Below, piece after piece: positions 8,202 to 15,742 of a DNA stretch of 60,494 nt. The notes beneath the pieces were generated by a model. That model did not search any database, was not told the origin of the DNA, and worked only from the letters and a program-made list of their open reading frames with translations. The stretch comes from a virus (lineage: Duplodnaviria > Caudoviricetes). The stretch is taken from positions 1 through 60,494 of the IMG/VR virus record IMGVR_UViG_3300032331_000843. One strand, 5' to 3'. How positions within the stretch are numbered: position 1 is the first letter of the stretch; every line of letters starts with the position of its first letter. The position numbers and the translations under genes were made by a program.

Positions 8202-8331
8202 AGACCGCTAGGATCTGTCGTTTCTAGGGGATAACACTGCGTAAATAGGCTCAAGAATACTTACGTAGTGCGAAACGGCAGACCATAACGGTCTATCTTG
8301 AGCCAGATTATAACACTGATACCCCTATCAG
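8202..8331 (-). ncRNA. C4/CI-like antisense RNA with upstream a1/b1 target boxes
   Basis: Long closing stem plus U-run; loop UCUUGAGCC complements upstream GGCUCAAGA; bulge CCCCUA complements upstream UAGGGG. Confidence 0.75.
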
Positions 8332-8338
8332 CTCGCCT

Positions 8339-8368
8339 AGTGTAATCTGAAAAGATTTATTTGTGCAA
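8339..8368 (-). promoter_or_regulatory. Sigma70 promoter for the RNA island
   Basis: TTGCAC-N18-TACACT. Confidence 0.65.
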
Positions 8369-8380
8369 GTGTTTTTTAAA

Positions 8381-8427
8381 ACGGGGACGGGGACGGGGAT
8401 TGCGGGGATTACGGGGAAGTTTCCCCG
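8381..8427 (+). repeat. CGGGGA x5 plus one inverted copy; G-quadruplex-capable
   Basis: GGGG at 8383, 8389, 8395, 8404, 8413; TCCCCG at 8422. Confidence 0.8.
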
Positions 8428-8465
8428 TTTCTGCCAAAAGCGACATCATGTCGTATTTGAAGACC

Positions 8466-8477
8466 GGTAACGTTACC
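8466..8477. promoter_or_regulatory. Recurrent 12-bp palindrome GGTAACGTTACC
   Basis: Exact copies at 23221 and 56294; 1-mismatch copies at 53944 and 57212. Confidence 0.65.
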
Positions 8478-8485
8478 ACCCATAT

Positions 8486-8537
8486 AAGGGTAAACACCTA
8501 CAGTAGGGACTCCCCTACTTCAATAGGTAATTCCCTA
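8486..8537. promoter_or_regulatory. Three imperfect TAGGG-N-CCCTA palindromes (operator-like)
   Basis: AAGGGTAAACACCTA, TAGGGACTCCCCTA, TAGGTAATTCCCTA. Confidence 0.55.
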
Positions 8538-8541
8538 CCTA

Positions 8542-8637
8542 CAAAAGACGAAACCCTCAGCGGAGGACTGAGGGTTTCTGAGGAAATGCACAAGAGGATT
8601 GTGCCTACGGAGGTCGTAGACTAACGGAGGGTTAGTG
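8542..8637 (-). ncRNA. Four-hairpin sRNA with anti-Shine-Dalgarno (CCUC/CCUCC) loops
   Basis: Extended -10 TGGTATAGT at 8643-8651; loops CCUCC, ACCUC, UCCUC, UCCUCCG; ends in a hairpin plus U-run. Confidence 0.75.
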
Positions 8638-8690
8638 CGCCAACTATACCATAGATTGATTTAGATGGATATGGACTAACTAAATCTAGT

Positions 8691-8770
8691 AAAAAAAGGG
8701 GGTGATCCACTTAGACCACCCCAAGCTCACGTTCTAAGGAACTGATGGGAAATGAAAGGGAACCCATCAG
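8691..8770 (-). terminator. rusA 3' UTR hairpins and intrinsic terminator (possible 3'-UTR sRNA)
   Basis: CUGAUGGG/CCCAUCAG hairpin; GGGGUGGUC/GAUCACCCC followed by U7. Confidence 0.7.
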
Positions 8771-9132
8771 CCACTACAGTTTACTAGATATTCCTTGATA
8801 GTAACTTGGCAACCACCACCTTTTTTCTTAGGCCCACGCTCTACCGTAATCTTCCAAACCTGTTGGTCATCTGTAAAACAGCCCGCGTCCTGGAGGCTGT
8901 CCCCAAGGCACTTCAGCATATTATCAATATCCATGAGACGGGAATCGCGGGGATACAGATAAACATTGAGTTCCACGGGATTATCCCCGAATCCCCCATG
9001 GCCGCACTGGCTCCATATATGAGCTACTGATTTCTTAAACTCTACCCCCCGCTTGGAAATATATCGGCGCTTACCAGATGCTAACCAGTAGGCGTTCACG
9101 CTGACGGGGTATGGCAGTTCTAGTGTAATCAT
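8767..9132 (-). CDS. rusA: RusA-family Holliday junction resolvase
   Basis: LPYPVSVNAYW; DIDNMLKCLGDSL..DDQQV. Confidence 0.92.
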   Translation of the reverse strand: MITLELPYPVSVNAYWLASGKRRYISKRGVEFKKSVAHIWSQCGHGGFGDNPVELNVYLYPRDSRLMDIDNMLKCLGDSLQDAGCFTDDQQVWKITVERGPKKKGGGCQVTIKEYLVNCSG

Positions 9133-9175
9133 GTGTTCCTAAATACAACTGTTGCATTTAATTGGGTACAACCTA

Positions 9176-9204
9176 TTGACATGCAGATTATACGGGATTA
9201 TATT
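9176..9204 (+). promoter_or_regulatory. Rightward sigma70 promoter overlapping a leftward -10
   Basis: TTGACA-N17-TATATT; TATAAT on - at 9187-9192. Confidence 0.7.
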
Positions 9205-9246
9205 GGCGGTGAGGAAATGTTTTTTAACGCACAACACGGAGGAAGT

Positions 9247-9411
9247 ATGGACTATTCAGAGTCAATTATTTACATTCGCACGTTCACTCGACGTTGCGAG
9301 GAATCAATCACTAAGAAAGACCTAGACAGGGCATTGGAAGATGCTGAGCATGTCGTTGCTGAGGCAATTCAATTGCGCTCCACCATCATGAAGATGAAGG
9401 AGTACGCATGA
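9247..9411 (+). CDS. Hypothetical protein (start 9247)
   Basis: ACGGAGG RBS. Confidence 0.65.
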   Translation: MDYSESIIYIRTFTRRCEESITKKDLDRALEDAEHVVAEAIQLRSTIMKMKEYA

Positions 9412-9512
9412 GAAAGATAGTGGGATTAATTACGTTTTTAATGTTGCCAATAGCGATTGTCATCACAGCTTTTCAATGCGCACTAGCATTTGTGGAGGAT
9501 TCAATTAGATGA
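9408..9512 (+). CDS. 34-aa membrane peptide
   Basis: MRKIVGLITFLMLPIAIVITAFQCALAFVEDSIR; ATGA overlaps at both ends. Confidence 0.5.
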   Translation: MRKIVGLITFLMLPIAIVITAFQCALAFVEDSIR

Positions 9513-10381
9513 AACTGACAAACAAATACAACTTACCCCAAACTTTCGTCAATGTGCTTAATCGCCCGACGTACACCAAGGGTAAGGCGCATTTGTCAGC
9601 TACGGAAATCATCACTAGCCCAAGGATTGTTCAGCTAAAGAAAATCCACTGGGATAACCTAGAAGAAGACGTAGCAGACAAGGTATGGGCTATCTTCGGA
9701 ACAGCCATTCATGCCGTGCTAGAGCTTGGCAAAGACGACCATCACATCATCGAGCAACGCCTACATGCCAACGTGGACGGATGGGATATCTCAGGTGCGA
9801 TTGACCTTCAGCGTGTAGAAGACGATGGCATCATTGTCGCCGACTACAAGACGACAGGCGCATGGGCGGTGATGAATGAGAAGTCTGACTGGGAACAACA
9901 GTTAAACATCTATGCGTGGCTCGTGGAGAAGGTCAAGAAGGTTCCAGTTAAGAAGGTAGAAATCATTGCAATCATTAGAGACTGGAGCAGAAGAGATGCG
10001 CAGGTTAAAGAAGGTTACCCAGAGGCGCCAATTAAAGTCATTGATGTACCTCTTTGGACGTTCGAAAAGCGGGAGAATTTTATTAAGGAGAGGATTCAGT
10101 TACATTCCAATGCGCTCTTCGCAGCCGAGACTTCTGATGATTTGCCTCAGTGTTCACCTAGCGAGATGTGGGAAAAACCAGCTTTTTGGGCGGTACGAAA
10201 GGTTGGTAACAAGCGTGCAACTACCGTGCTTGACACGGAAGACAAAGCGCTCGCCAAGATTGAAGAATTGGGTAAGGGATATGAGATAGAGTTCCGCCCA
10301 GGTGAAAGAACCCGTTGCGCAAATTTCTGCCAAGTCAGGGACTTTTGCTCTCAATGGAAGGAGTACAACAGTGGCAACTAA
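9509..10381 (+). CDS. PD-(D/E)XK exonuclease (RecB/Cas4-like)
   Basis: GTAIH, SGAID..VADYKTT, QLNIY, C-terminal Cys cluster. Confidence 0.88.
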   Translation: MKLTNKYNLPQTFVNVLNRPTYTKGKAHLSATEIITSPRIVQLKKIHWDNLEEDVADKVWAIFGTAIHAVLELGKDDHHIIEQRLHANVDGWDISGAIDLQRVEDDGIIVADYKTTGAWAVMNEKSDWEQQLNIYAWLVEKVKKVPVKKVEIIAIIRDWSRRDAQVKEGYPEAPIKVIDVPLWTFEKRENFIKERIQLHSNALFAAETSDDLPQCSPSEMWEKPAFWAVRKVGNKRATTVLDTEDKALAKIEELGKGYEIEFRPGERTRCANFCQVRDFCSQWKEYNSGN

Positions 10382-10646
10382 GAAGCTAAACCAACGTGAC
10401 TGGGAGCGCATGGGAGCGTATGCCTACGGATTCTTTTATGGTGCGGCAGGTTACGAGCTAAACGCCCCATACGGAGATGACGACCAAGACTACAACTTGG
10501 TTGTTCAAGGTTTTATTGACGGTCACGAAATATATCTCATGTCTGATGACGATGAGTACATACCGTATGAATTTGGCATTCCCGCAGATGAGGATGGCAA
10601 GTACGTACATATTCACCCCGAGCATGTAAGAAAGGAATGGAAATGA
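10371..10646 (+). CDS. Hypothetical protein (GTG start 10371)
   Basis: AAGGAG RBS; acidic ORF. Confidence 0.6.
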   Translation: MATKKLNQRDWERMGAYAYGFFYGAAGYELNAPYGDDDQDYNLVVQGFIDGHEIYLMSDDDEYIPYEFGIPADEDGKYVHIHPEHVRKEWK

Positions 10647-10849
10647 AAGATACTTTAATGAAGTTAGTTGGCATTCGTAATGAGGCCAAGAAGAAACGAC
10701 CAGTGTCATCACTAGCGATTGATACTGACTCTACGTTTGTCTATCAAACAGGCGCAGACGTTCAGAAGACATGGCGTAAGTTTGGATGGACACCCCCAAC
10801 GGAGTACCGTTCTGACTACGAATTTGCTAAAAATAGGGATACAAAATGA
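10637..10849 (+). CDS. Hypothetical protein
   Basis: DVQKTWRKFGWTPPTE motif typical of phage proteins. Confidence 0.65.
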   Translation: MEMKDTLMKLVGIRNEAKKKRPVSSLAIDTDSTFVYQTGADVQKTWRKFGWTPPTEYRSDYEFAKNRDTK

Positions 10850-11547
10850 GCGTACATAAGAAGTTAATGGCTGCCCGCCTTGATCTACAAGGTAGAAAGC
10901 TAAACAAGTCTGGCCACAACAAGTTTGCGGGCTACAAGTATTTTGAACTAGGTGACTTCTTGCCTACGATTCAGGAAATCTTTGCTGAACAAGGGTTGTG
11001 TGGCGTGGTTTCATACCTACCAGACGTGGCGGTATTGACAATCACAGACATGGATGATGGTACTTACATCCACATCAACAGCCCAATGTCATCAGCTGCG
11101 TTAAAAGGTTGCCATGAGGTTCAGAACCTTGGTGCCGTGCAGACATACCTACGCCGTTACCTTTGGGTGACAGCCATGGAAATCGTTGAGCATGACGCGC
11201 TTGATGCGACCACAGGAGCCAGCGAAAGTCCAAGCCTAAAGCCACCATTCAAGCCAGTCCCAAAGTCTGACGTGATAGTCCCAAAGGCTAAGGTTCATAC
11301 AGTAATGGAAGGCAAGGTAGGCGATTGGCAACTAAAGGTTACAGAAGATGAAGGCGGTAACTGGGCGACAGCAGTTAAGCTTGCCACAGAGGTTTGTTTA
11401 GGTTTTGCGGAGCAGGTAGAAGACGTAAATAACATCTTCAAGAACAACCGTGTGATCTATGACAAGTTGAAGGAAGAAAACAAAGTGGTCTATGACGAAA
11501 TCTTAGCCGCATTAAAAGCAACTAAAGAAAAACTAACTAAGGAGTAA
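10846..11547 (+). CDS. erf: ERF-family ssDNA annealing protein
   Basis: NKFAGYKYFELGDFLP; LGAVQTYLRRYLW..EHDALD. Confidence 0.88.
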   Translation: MSVHKKLMAARLDLQGRKLNKSGHNKFAGYKYFELGDFLPTIQEIFAEQGLCGVVSYLPDVAVLTITDMDDGTYIHINSPMSSAALKGCHEVQNLGAVQTYLRRYLWVTAMEIVEHDALDATTGASESPSLKPPFKPVPKSDVIVPKAKVHTVMEGKVGDWQLKVTEDEGGNWATAVKLATEVCLGFAEQVEDVNNIFKNNRVIYDKLKEENKVVYDEILAALKATKEKLTKE

Positions 11548-11550
11548 TAA

Positions 11551-11826
11551 ATGGAATACCCAAATACAGGCGCACTATTCAGAACACAAGAGAAGAAACA
11601 TGAGAAGGCGCCCGACATGTTCGGCGACATCAAGTTTGATAAGGCATTCTTGCTAGACCTGATCGAGAACTCAACCGAGCAACTGGTAACGGTAAAGCTT
11701 GGCGGTTGGTCTAAAGAAGGTAAGAACGGTAAGTTCCTATCCCTCAAAGTAGACACATACAAGAAACCTGAAAACAACGTGCGCCAAGATGCAGCGCCAA
11801 CGTCAGATGACGATTTACCATTCTAA
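11551..11826 (+). CDS. SSB-like protein
   Basis: NTGALF..APDMFG..KFLSLKV; acidic DDDLPF tail. Confidence 0.75.
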   Translation: MEYPNTGALFRTQEKKHEKAPDMFGDIKFDKAFLLDLIENSTEQLVTVKLGGWSKEGKNGKFLSLKVDTYKKPENNVRQDAAPTSDDDLPF

Positions 11827-11836
11827 GGAGAACAAT

Positions 11837-12211
11837 ATGCCAAGAACTAAAGGTGCAGTAGACAAGAAACCACGTAAACCATCAGTGAAAAAGATAATGA
11901 TTCTTAAGTCTGAGGCTAATTTAGCCGAGAAACTAGGCGTGCCAGTAGAGGCATACGCTAAAGAAAAGATTAAGTTATCTAAGCCACGCAAACCACGTAC
12001 CCCTAAGATTGACTGGGAGAAATTAGCCAAGAATCTACAACAGGCTCTTGCTTCTGAAATCAAAGAGAACGATTCATTAAGAAACGAGCTAGACATTGCC
12101 GAAGGAGCATTGCATTTAGCAACCGCTAAGAACGCCGTGCTTATCAAGCAAATTGAATTCGTTCAAGAAATGACTGCAAAAGTATTGGCAAACAAAAATG
12201 GAAACAATTAA
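11837..12211 (+). CDS. Basic/coiled-coil hypothetical protein
   Basis: MPRTKGAVDKKPRK; TAAGGAG RBS. Confidence 0.65.
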   Translation: MPRTKGAVDKKPRKPSVKKIMILKSEANLAEKLGVPVEAYAKEKIKLSKPRKPRTPKIDWEKLAKNLQQALASEIKENDSLRNELDIAEGALHLATAKNAVLIKQIEFVQEMTAKVLANKNGNN

Positions 12212-12629
12212 GTTTGAGGGCGTAAAGACGGCTCTGAAACAGACCAAGGATGGGTACTCCCTAACCTTGGCTGTTCATCCAGATGACTTGCCACAAGACC
12301 TTATGCGTGACTTTGTAGGTGCCAGGTACATGGTGGTAATGGTGCGCTTAGGCGATAACGAAATGCCACTAAACCGTGAGTCCTTCAAGAAGGATGATGA
12401 CAGTAAGCTCGTATCAATTGCTGGCATGTATTGCAGGGACAAGGAGTTTTGGGACTTTGTTTACGCACTAACAGAAGGCGAAGACGAGATTATGACTGAA
12501 GGTGAATGCGCTGAATGGATGAAGTATTACCTAAGCATTGACTCACGCAAAGAACTAAAAACAAACGATGAGGCGAAAGCTAAGTTCGTGCAACTAAGAG
12601 AAAGGTTTGACGCATGGAAAAGAAGTTAG
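12198..12629 (+). CDS. Hypothetical protein
   Basis: 143-aa ORF. Confidence 0.7.
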   Translation: METIKFEGVKTALKQTKDGYSLTLAVHPDDLPQDLMRDFVGARYMVVMVRLGDNEMPLNRESFKKDDDSKLVSIAGMYCRDKEFWDFVYALTEGEDEIMTEGECAEWMKYYLSIDSRKELKTNDEAKAKFVQLRERFDAWKRS

Positions 12630-12889
12630 TGCCGTACTCAATCTATCTGCCCGCTGAGTACATTGAAAAGCTAAAGGTATTAGCTCGAGACCGTAAAGCT
12701 TCCTCAATGATTCGTCACTCTATTGGCATGATGATAGAAGGCAATACCAAGAAAGATGGTGCGTACATAAAGGGGCTTAAGGACGCCATTAAGGTCGTTA
12801 AGGCAAACAAGGAATGCCAGATGATTTCCATTAACGGGAAGGCATTGCGGGCTATCTTGGCGGAAGAAATCATACAACTGGGGGAATGA
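12614..12889 (+). CDS. Ribbon-helix-helix-like regulator
   Basis: PYSIYLPAEYIEKLKVLA..ASSMIR. Confidence 0.55.
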   Translation: MEKKLVPYSIYLPAEYIEKLKVLARDRKASSMIRHSIGMMIEGNTKKDGAYIKGLKDAIKVVKANKECQMISINGKALRAILAEEIIQLGE

Positions 12890-13002
12890 TGGATCTACTA
12901 TTGAACATTGCATCCACGCTACTCCTTGGTATAGGCTTTGGGGCTGGCGTTTCGTTCGCCATTCTGTTTGCCTTATGGTTTGTGGAGAATAGAAATGAAT
13001 GA
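12886..13002 (+). CDS. 38-aa membrane peptide
   Basis: MMDLLLNIASTLLLGIGFGAGVSFAILFALWFVENRNE. Confidence 0.5.
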   Translation: MMDLLLNIASTLLLGIGFGAGVSFAILFALWFVENRNE

Positions 13003-13309
13003 TTTATTTGGCTATGAAATCGGTGAAAGAATGGCTTCTTTGGCCGCAGACCATGCAGGTGAAGAATGGAAAGCTTCTGCTTATAACGCTCTTATTTCTT
13101 ATGCAAAAACACATGACACATTCACCATAGAAGATGTCAGAAGAGCAAGCCATGATGTCCCAGTCGCACCAACAGAAAAGGCGTGGGGCTACATAACCAT
13201 ATCTGCAAAGAAGAACGGCGTTATATCTAGGCATGGAACAGCCAATGTTCAAGGTGGAAGAATGATTGCCGTATTGTGGAAATCAAATATAAAGGTAAAA
13301 AATGAATGA
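12995..13309 (+). CDS. Hypothetical winged-helix-like protein (start 12995)
   Basis: FTIEDVR..AWG..GVI pattern. Confidence 0.65.
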   Translation: MNDLFGYEIGERMASLAADHAGEEWKASAYNALISYAKTHDTFTIEDVRRASHDVPVAPTEKAWGYITISAKKNGVISRHGTANVQGGRMIAVLWKSNIKVKNE

Positions 13310-13496
13310 TGAAGACTTGAGAGATTGTTTTGCCATGTTTGCTTTGGTTGGCGCAGTCATTGCCAGTAAAGAACGAACGGCCCAAGAAGTGTGGCAGATT
13401 GCAGACGAAATGATGGAAGCACGTAAAAAGGAGAAGAGTGATGAAGAAGATACTGGTATTGCTGCTGTTGTCCCTAAGCGCCCACGTAAGCGCTGA
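13302..13496 (+). CDS. Hypothetical protein (LRDxFAM..IADEMMEAR family)
   Basis: Common small phage protein motif. Confidence 0.7.
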   Translation: MNDEDLRDCFAMFALVGAVIASKERTAQEVWQIADEMMEARKKEKSDEEDTGIAAVVPKRPRKR

Positions 13497-13764
13497 GACT
13501 GTTGCCACCCAACCTAACCAGGCGGGCGGCAAGATTGTGTTGACAGATGGCGTATGTAAGTACGATGGGCAAGTGTTTGATAAGCTTAATCGTGCCTACA
13601 ACTATGGCTCAGCAGGATATACAAGCGAAGGTTGTTGGGGTGTTGAGGATGAGACCGTGATTGTCTACTGGATTGATACTAACCAGAAGATGCGTTACCC
13701 AGTCACAGCTTTCACAATGAACGCCAACTACAACAAGAAAAAGAACAACGGGTATAAATACTGA
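13438..13764 (+). CDS. Exported protein with signal peptide
   Basis: MKKILVLLLLSLSAHVSA; two Cys. Confidence 0.7.
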   Translation: MMKKILVLLLLSLSAHVSAETVATQPNQAGGKIVLTDGVCKYDGQVFDKLNRAYNYGSAGYTSEGCWGVEDETVIVYWIDTNQKMRYPVTAFTMNANYNKKKNNGYKY

Positions 13765-14318
13765 TGAAACATAAAACTATCCTACTTGAAGGTGGCAAAC
13801 AAATTGACGTGTTTGATGATGTTTTTGACATGCAGTTCATAGCAGACACTTATCTATACGCCACGATGTCTAACTATAAGATTGGCTGGGGCGACACGGT
13901 GGACTTCAATGATCAGGTGCATAAGTTCTTGCACGCTAGTTACACGATGGAAGATGTCAACGCTCTCAAAATATTAGACAAGCTTGAAAACACGCCGATA
14001 GCATCCCTAGTTGATGGTCTTGAGCTACACAAAGCTATCGTGAACTTATCCGTCCCATCAGACTCGTATTTTGCTCACGTCCACCCAGAGTCAAAGGTAA
14101 TCCTGTATTACGTGAATACTAAGTGGCAAGATGGTTGGTTTGGCGACACCATGTTTTATGCTGACAACGGCAAAGACATTGCGTTTGCCTCGCCATACAC
14201 GCCTAACAGAGTGATTGTTTTTGATGGCCAAGTTCCTCATGCACTTAGACCGCAATCTCAAACTGCGCCACATTACAGATTTACTCTGGCATTAATCTAC
14301 GACAAGGTTAAATCATGA
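13764..14318 (+). CDS. 2OG-Fe(II) oxygenase
   Basis: HVH..LYYVNTKW..GDTMF..PNRVIVFDGQVPH..RFT. Confidence 0.85.
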   Translation: MKHKTILLEGGKQIDVFDDVFDMQFIADTYLYATMSNYKIGWGDTVDFNDQVHKFLHASYTMEDVNALKILDKLENTPIASLVDGLELHKAIVNLSVPSDSYFAHVHPESKVILYYVNTKWQDGWFGDTMFYADNGKDIAFASPYTPNRVIVFDGQVPHALRPQSQTAPHYRFTLALIYDKVKS

Positions 14319-14488
14319 ACAAAGAATGGATAGATAAACTAAAGAATTTCTTAACTATATTACTTATTGGCTTTGCCTTGGGTACCATTGTGACGAACGC
14401 CACATACACTTACCAGATCATGAAGGACTGTGAGCTGATGAAACAGTTCCGTGTTAACAACCTAGCATTTACGTGCATGGTGAAGTAA
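14315..14488 (+). CDS. 57-aa membrane protein
   Basis: Hydrophobic segment; ATGA overlap. Confidence 0.5.
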   Translation: MNKEWIDKLKNFLTILLIGFALGTIVTNATYTYQIMKDCELMKQFRVNNLAFTCMVK

Positions 14489-14561
14489 TGGACTGGGCGC
14501 TATTAATCTGCCTCATCGTGATTGTGTATCGCCTTGAGTGCATCTTGCAGGAGCTGAAGAA

Positions 14562-14840
14562 ATGAGAAAGGTAAGCATACGCACAGTTGAAATTGCTATC
14601 GGGATGGCGCGCAGTATGGCTAACGGCACAACCAAGTGGCCGTTCTTAGGTTACTGTGCTGACCTGATGGACAAGATGCTTAAAGAAATTAAAGAAGCGA
14701 GAAAGAAGTGGCAATACCTAACAGAAGATGAGATTAAAGAAATTGTTGGTAGCCATGGCGACGGTATTGGTGGTTATACCCGTGAACTGTTTGACAAAAT
14801 AGAGGCGAAGATAAAGGAGAAAAATGAAAGAAGACTTTGA
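14562..14840 (+). CDS. Hypothetical protein (WQYLTEDEI..IEAKIKEKN)
   Basis: AGGAG RBS; common phage C-terminal motif. Confidence 0.65.
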   Translation: MRKVSIRTVEIAIGMARSMANGTTKWPFLGYCADLMDKMLKEIKEARKKWQYLTEDEIKEIVGSHGDGIGGYTRELFDKIEAKIKEKNERRL

Positions 14841-15051
14841 ACAGTGGGCTGAAGGCAAAGTAGCCATAGATCATTACAAAGGCGAATACGCTAACCTAGA
14901 GGCGCAGATAGCCTGGCAAGCATGGCAACGTGCGTGGAATATAGCTGTTCGTGCGCAAAGAGAACGAGATGAGGTTGAAATCAAGGCGTTACATAACAAG
15001 CTAAGGTCAATAGTCAGCATAGCAAGCACTAAATTTGTAGGCGAAAGATAG
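14824..15051 (+). CDS. Hypothetical protein
   Basis: FEQW..AWQAWQ motif. Confidence 0.65.
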   Translation: MKEDFEQWAEGKVAIDHYKGEYANLEAQIAWQAWQRAWNIAVRAQRERDEVEIKALHNKLRSIVSIASTKFVGER

Positions 15052-15062
15052 AAAGGAAAATT

Positions 15063-15251
15063 ATGTTTAGACCACAAGGCAACGGCGGTAAGGGTGACTC
15101 CCCAAGACCTATACCAGACCGTGAAAAGTTTGAATCAAATTGGGATAGCATATTTGGGAAGAAAAAGGAGAAAACGAATGAACAAGAAGATACGAATACT
15201 GCATTACATAGCACTGAATCCGGGCAAGACAACAAAGGAAATAGCGAATAA
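15063..15251 (+). CDS. Hypothetical protein (GKGDSPRP..FESNWDSIFGKK)
   Basis: Motif familiar from small phage proteins. Confidence 0.65.
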   Translation: MFRPQGNGGKGDSPRPIPDREKFESNWDSIFGKKKEKTNEQEDTNTALHSTESGQDNKGNSE

Positions 15252-15468
15252 CTTAAACGCTAACCAGAAAACAACACGCACGTACATTTATGAGCTAAGT
15301 AAGGATAAAAAGATAACCTCCATGGGACTTCATAAATGGCGCCTATGCTCTCACATATCAGTAGAGTCACTGAATATCCCGCCAGAAGTAGTCAATCCTA
15401 GAAAGCCATGGGAGTTTGCTCAAGAAGCAATCATGAATATGATGAGGACGCACAGTGTACCGCAATGA
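15178..15468 (+). CDS. Winged-HTH protein
   Basis: ILHYIALNPGKTTKEIANNLN..TRTYIYEL. Confidence 0.65.
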   Translation: MNKKIRILHYIALNPGKTTKEIANNLNANQKTTRTYIYELSKDKKITSMGLHKWRLCSHISVESLNIPPEVVNPRKPWEFAQEAIMNMMRTHSVPQ

Positions 15469-15742
15469 GAAACTTCTAAAGATTCTCAGACAGTCACCAT
15501 GCCAGCACTGCGGTTGCCAAGACGGAACCGTGGTCGCTGCTCACAGCAATCAACTCAGAGACGGCAAAGGCAGAGGCATCAAAGCACATGACTTCCGCAC
15601 GGCAAGTTTATGCTACGGTTGCCACATGGAGCTGGATCAGGGAAAGAACCTATCTAAGGCTGAGCGGGAAGAGTTATGGGAAAACGCCCATCGGAAAACA
15701 ATAGGATGGCTGTTTGAGAACGGCCACCTTACTGTTTCTTAG
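15455..15742 (+). CDS. DUF1364/DUF968-like Zn-binding nuclease-like protein
   Basis: PCQHCG..VVAAHSN..GKGRGIKAHD..LCYGCH. Confidence 0.75.
   Translation: MYRNEKLLKILRQSPCQHCGCQDGTVVAAHSNQLRDGKGRGIKAHDFRTASLCYGCHMELDQGKNLSKAEREELWENAHRKTIGWLFENGHLTVS

Noticed and set aside
8361-8624. 87-aa + strand ORF
   Set aside because: It merely translates the G-tracts, palindromes and sRNA hairpins; no RBS.
9509-10381. Cas4-like nuclease as evidence of a CRISPR system
   Set aside because: No repeat-spacer array or other cas genes; it sits beside ERF and SSB as a recombination exonuclease.
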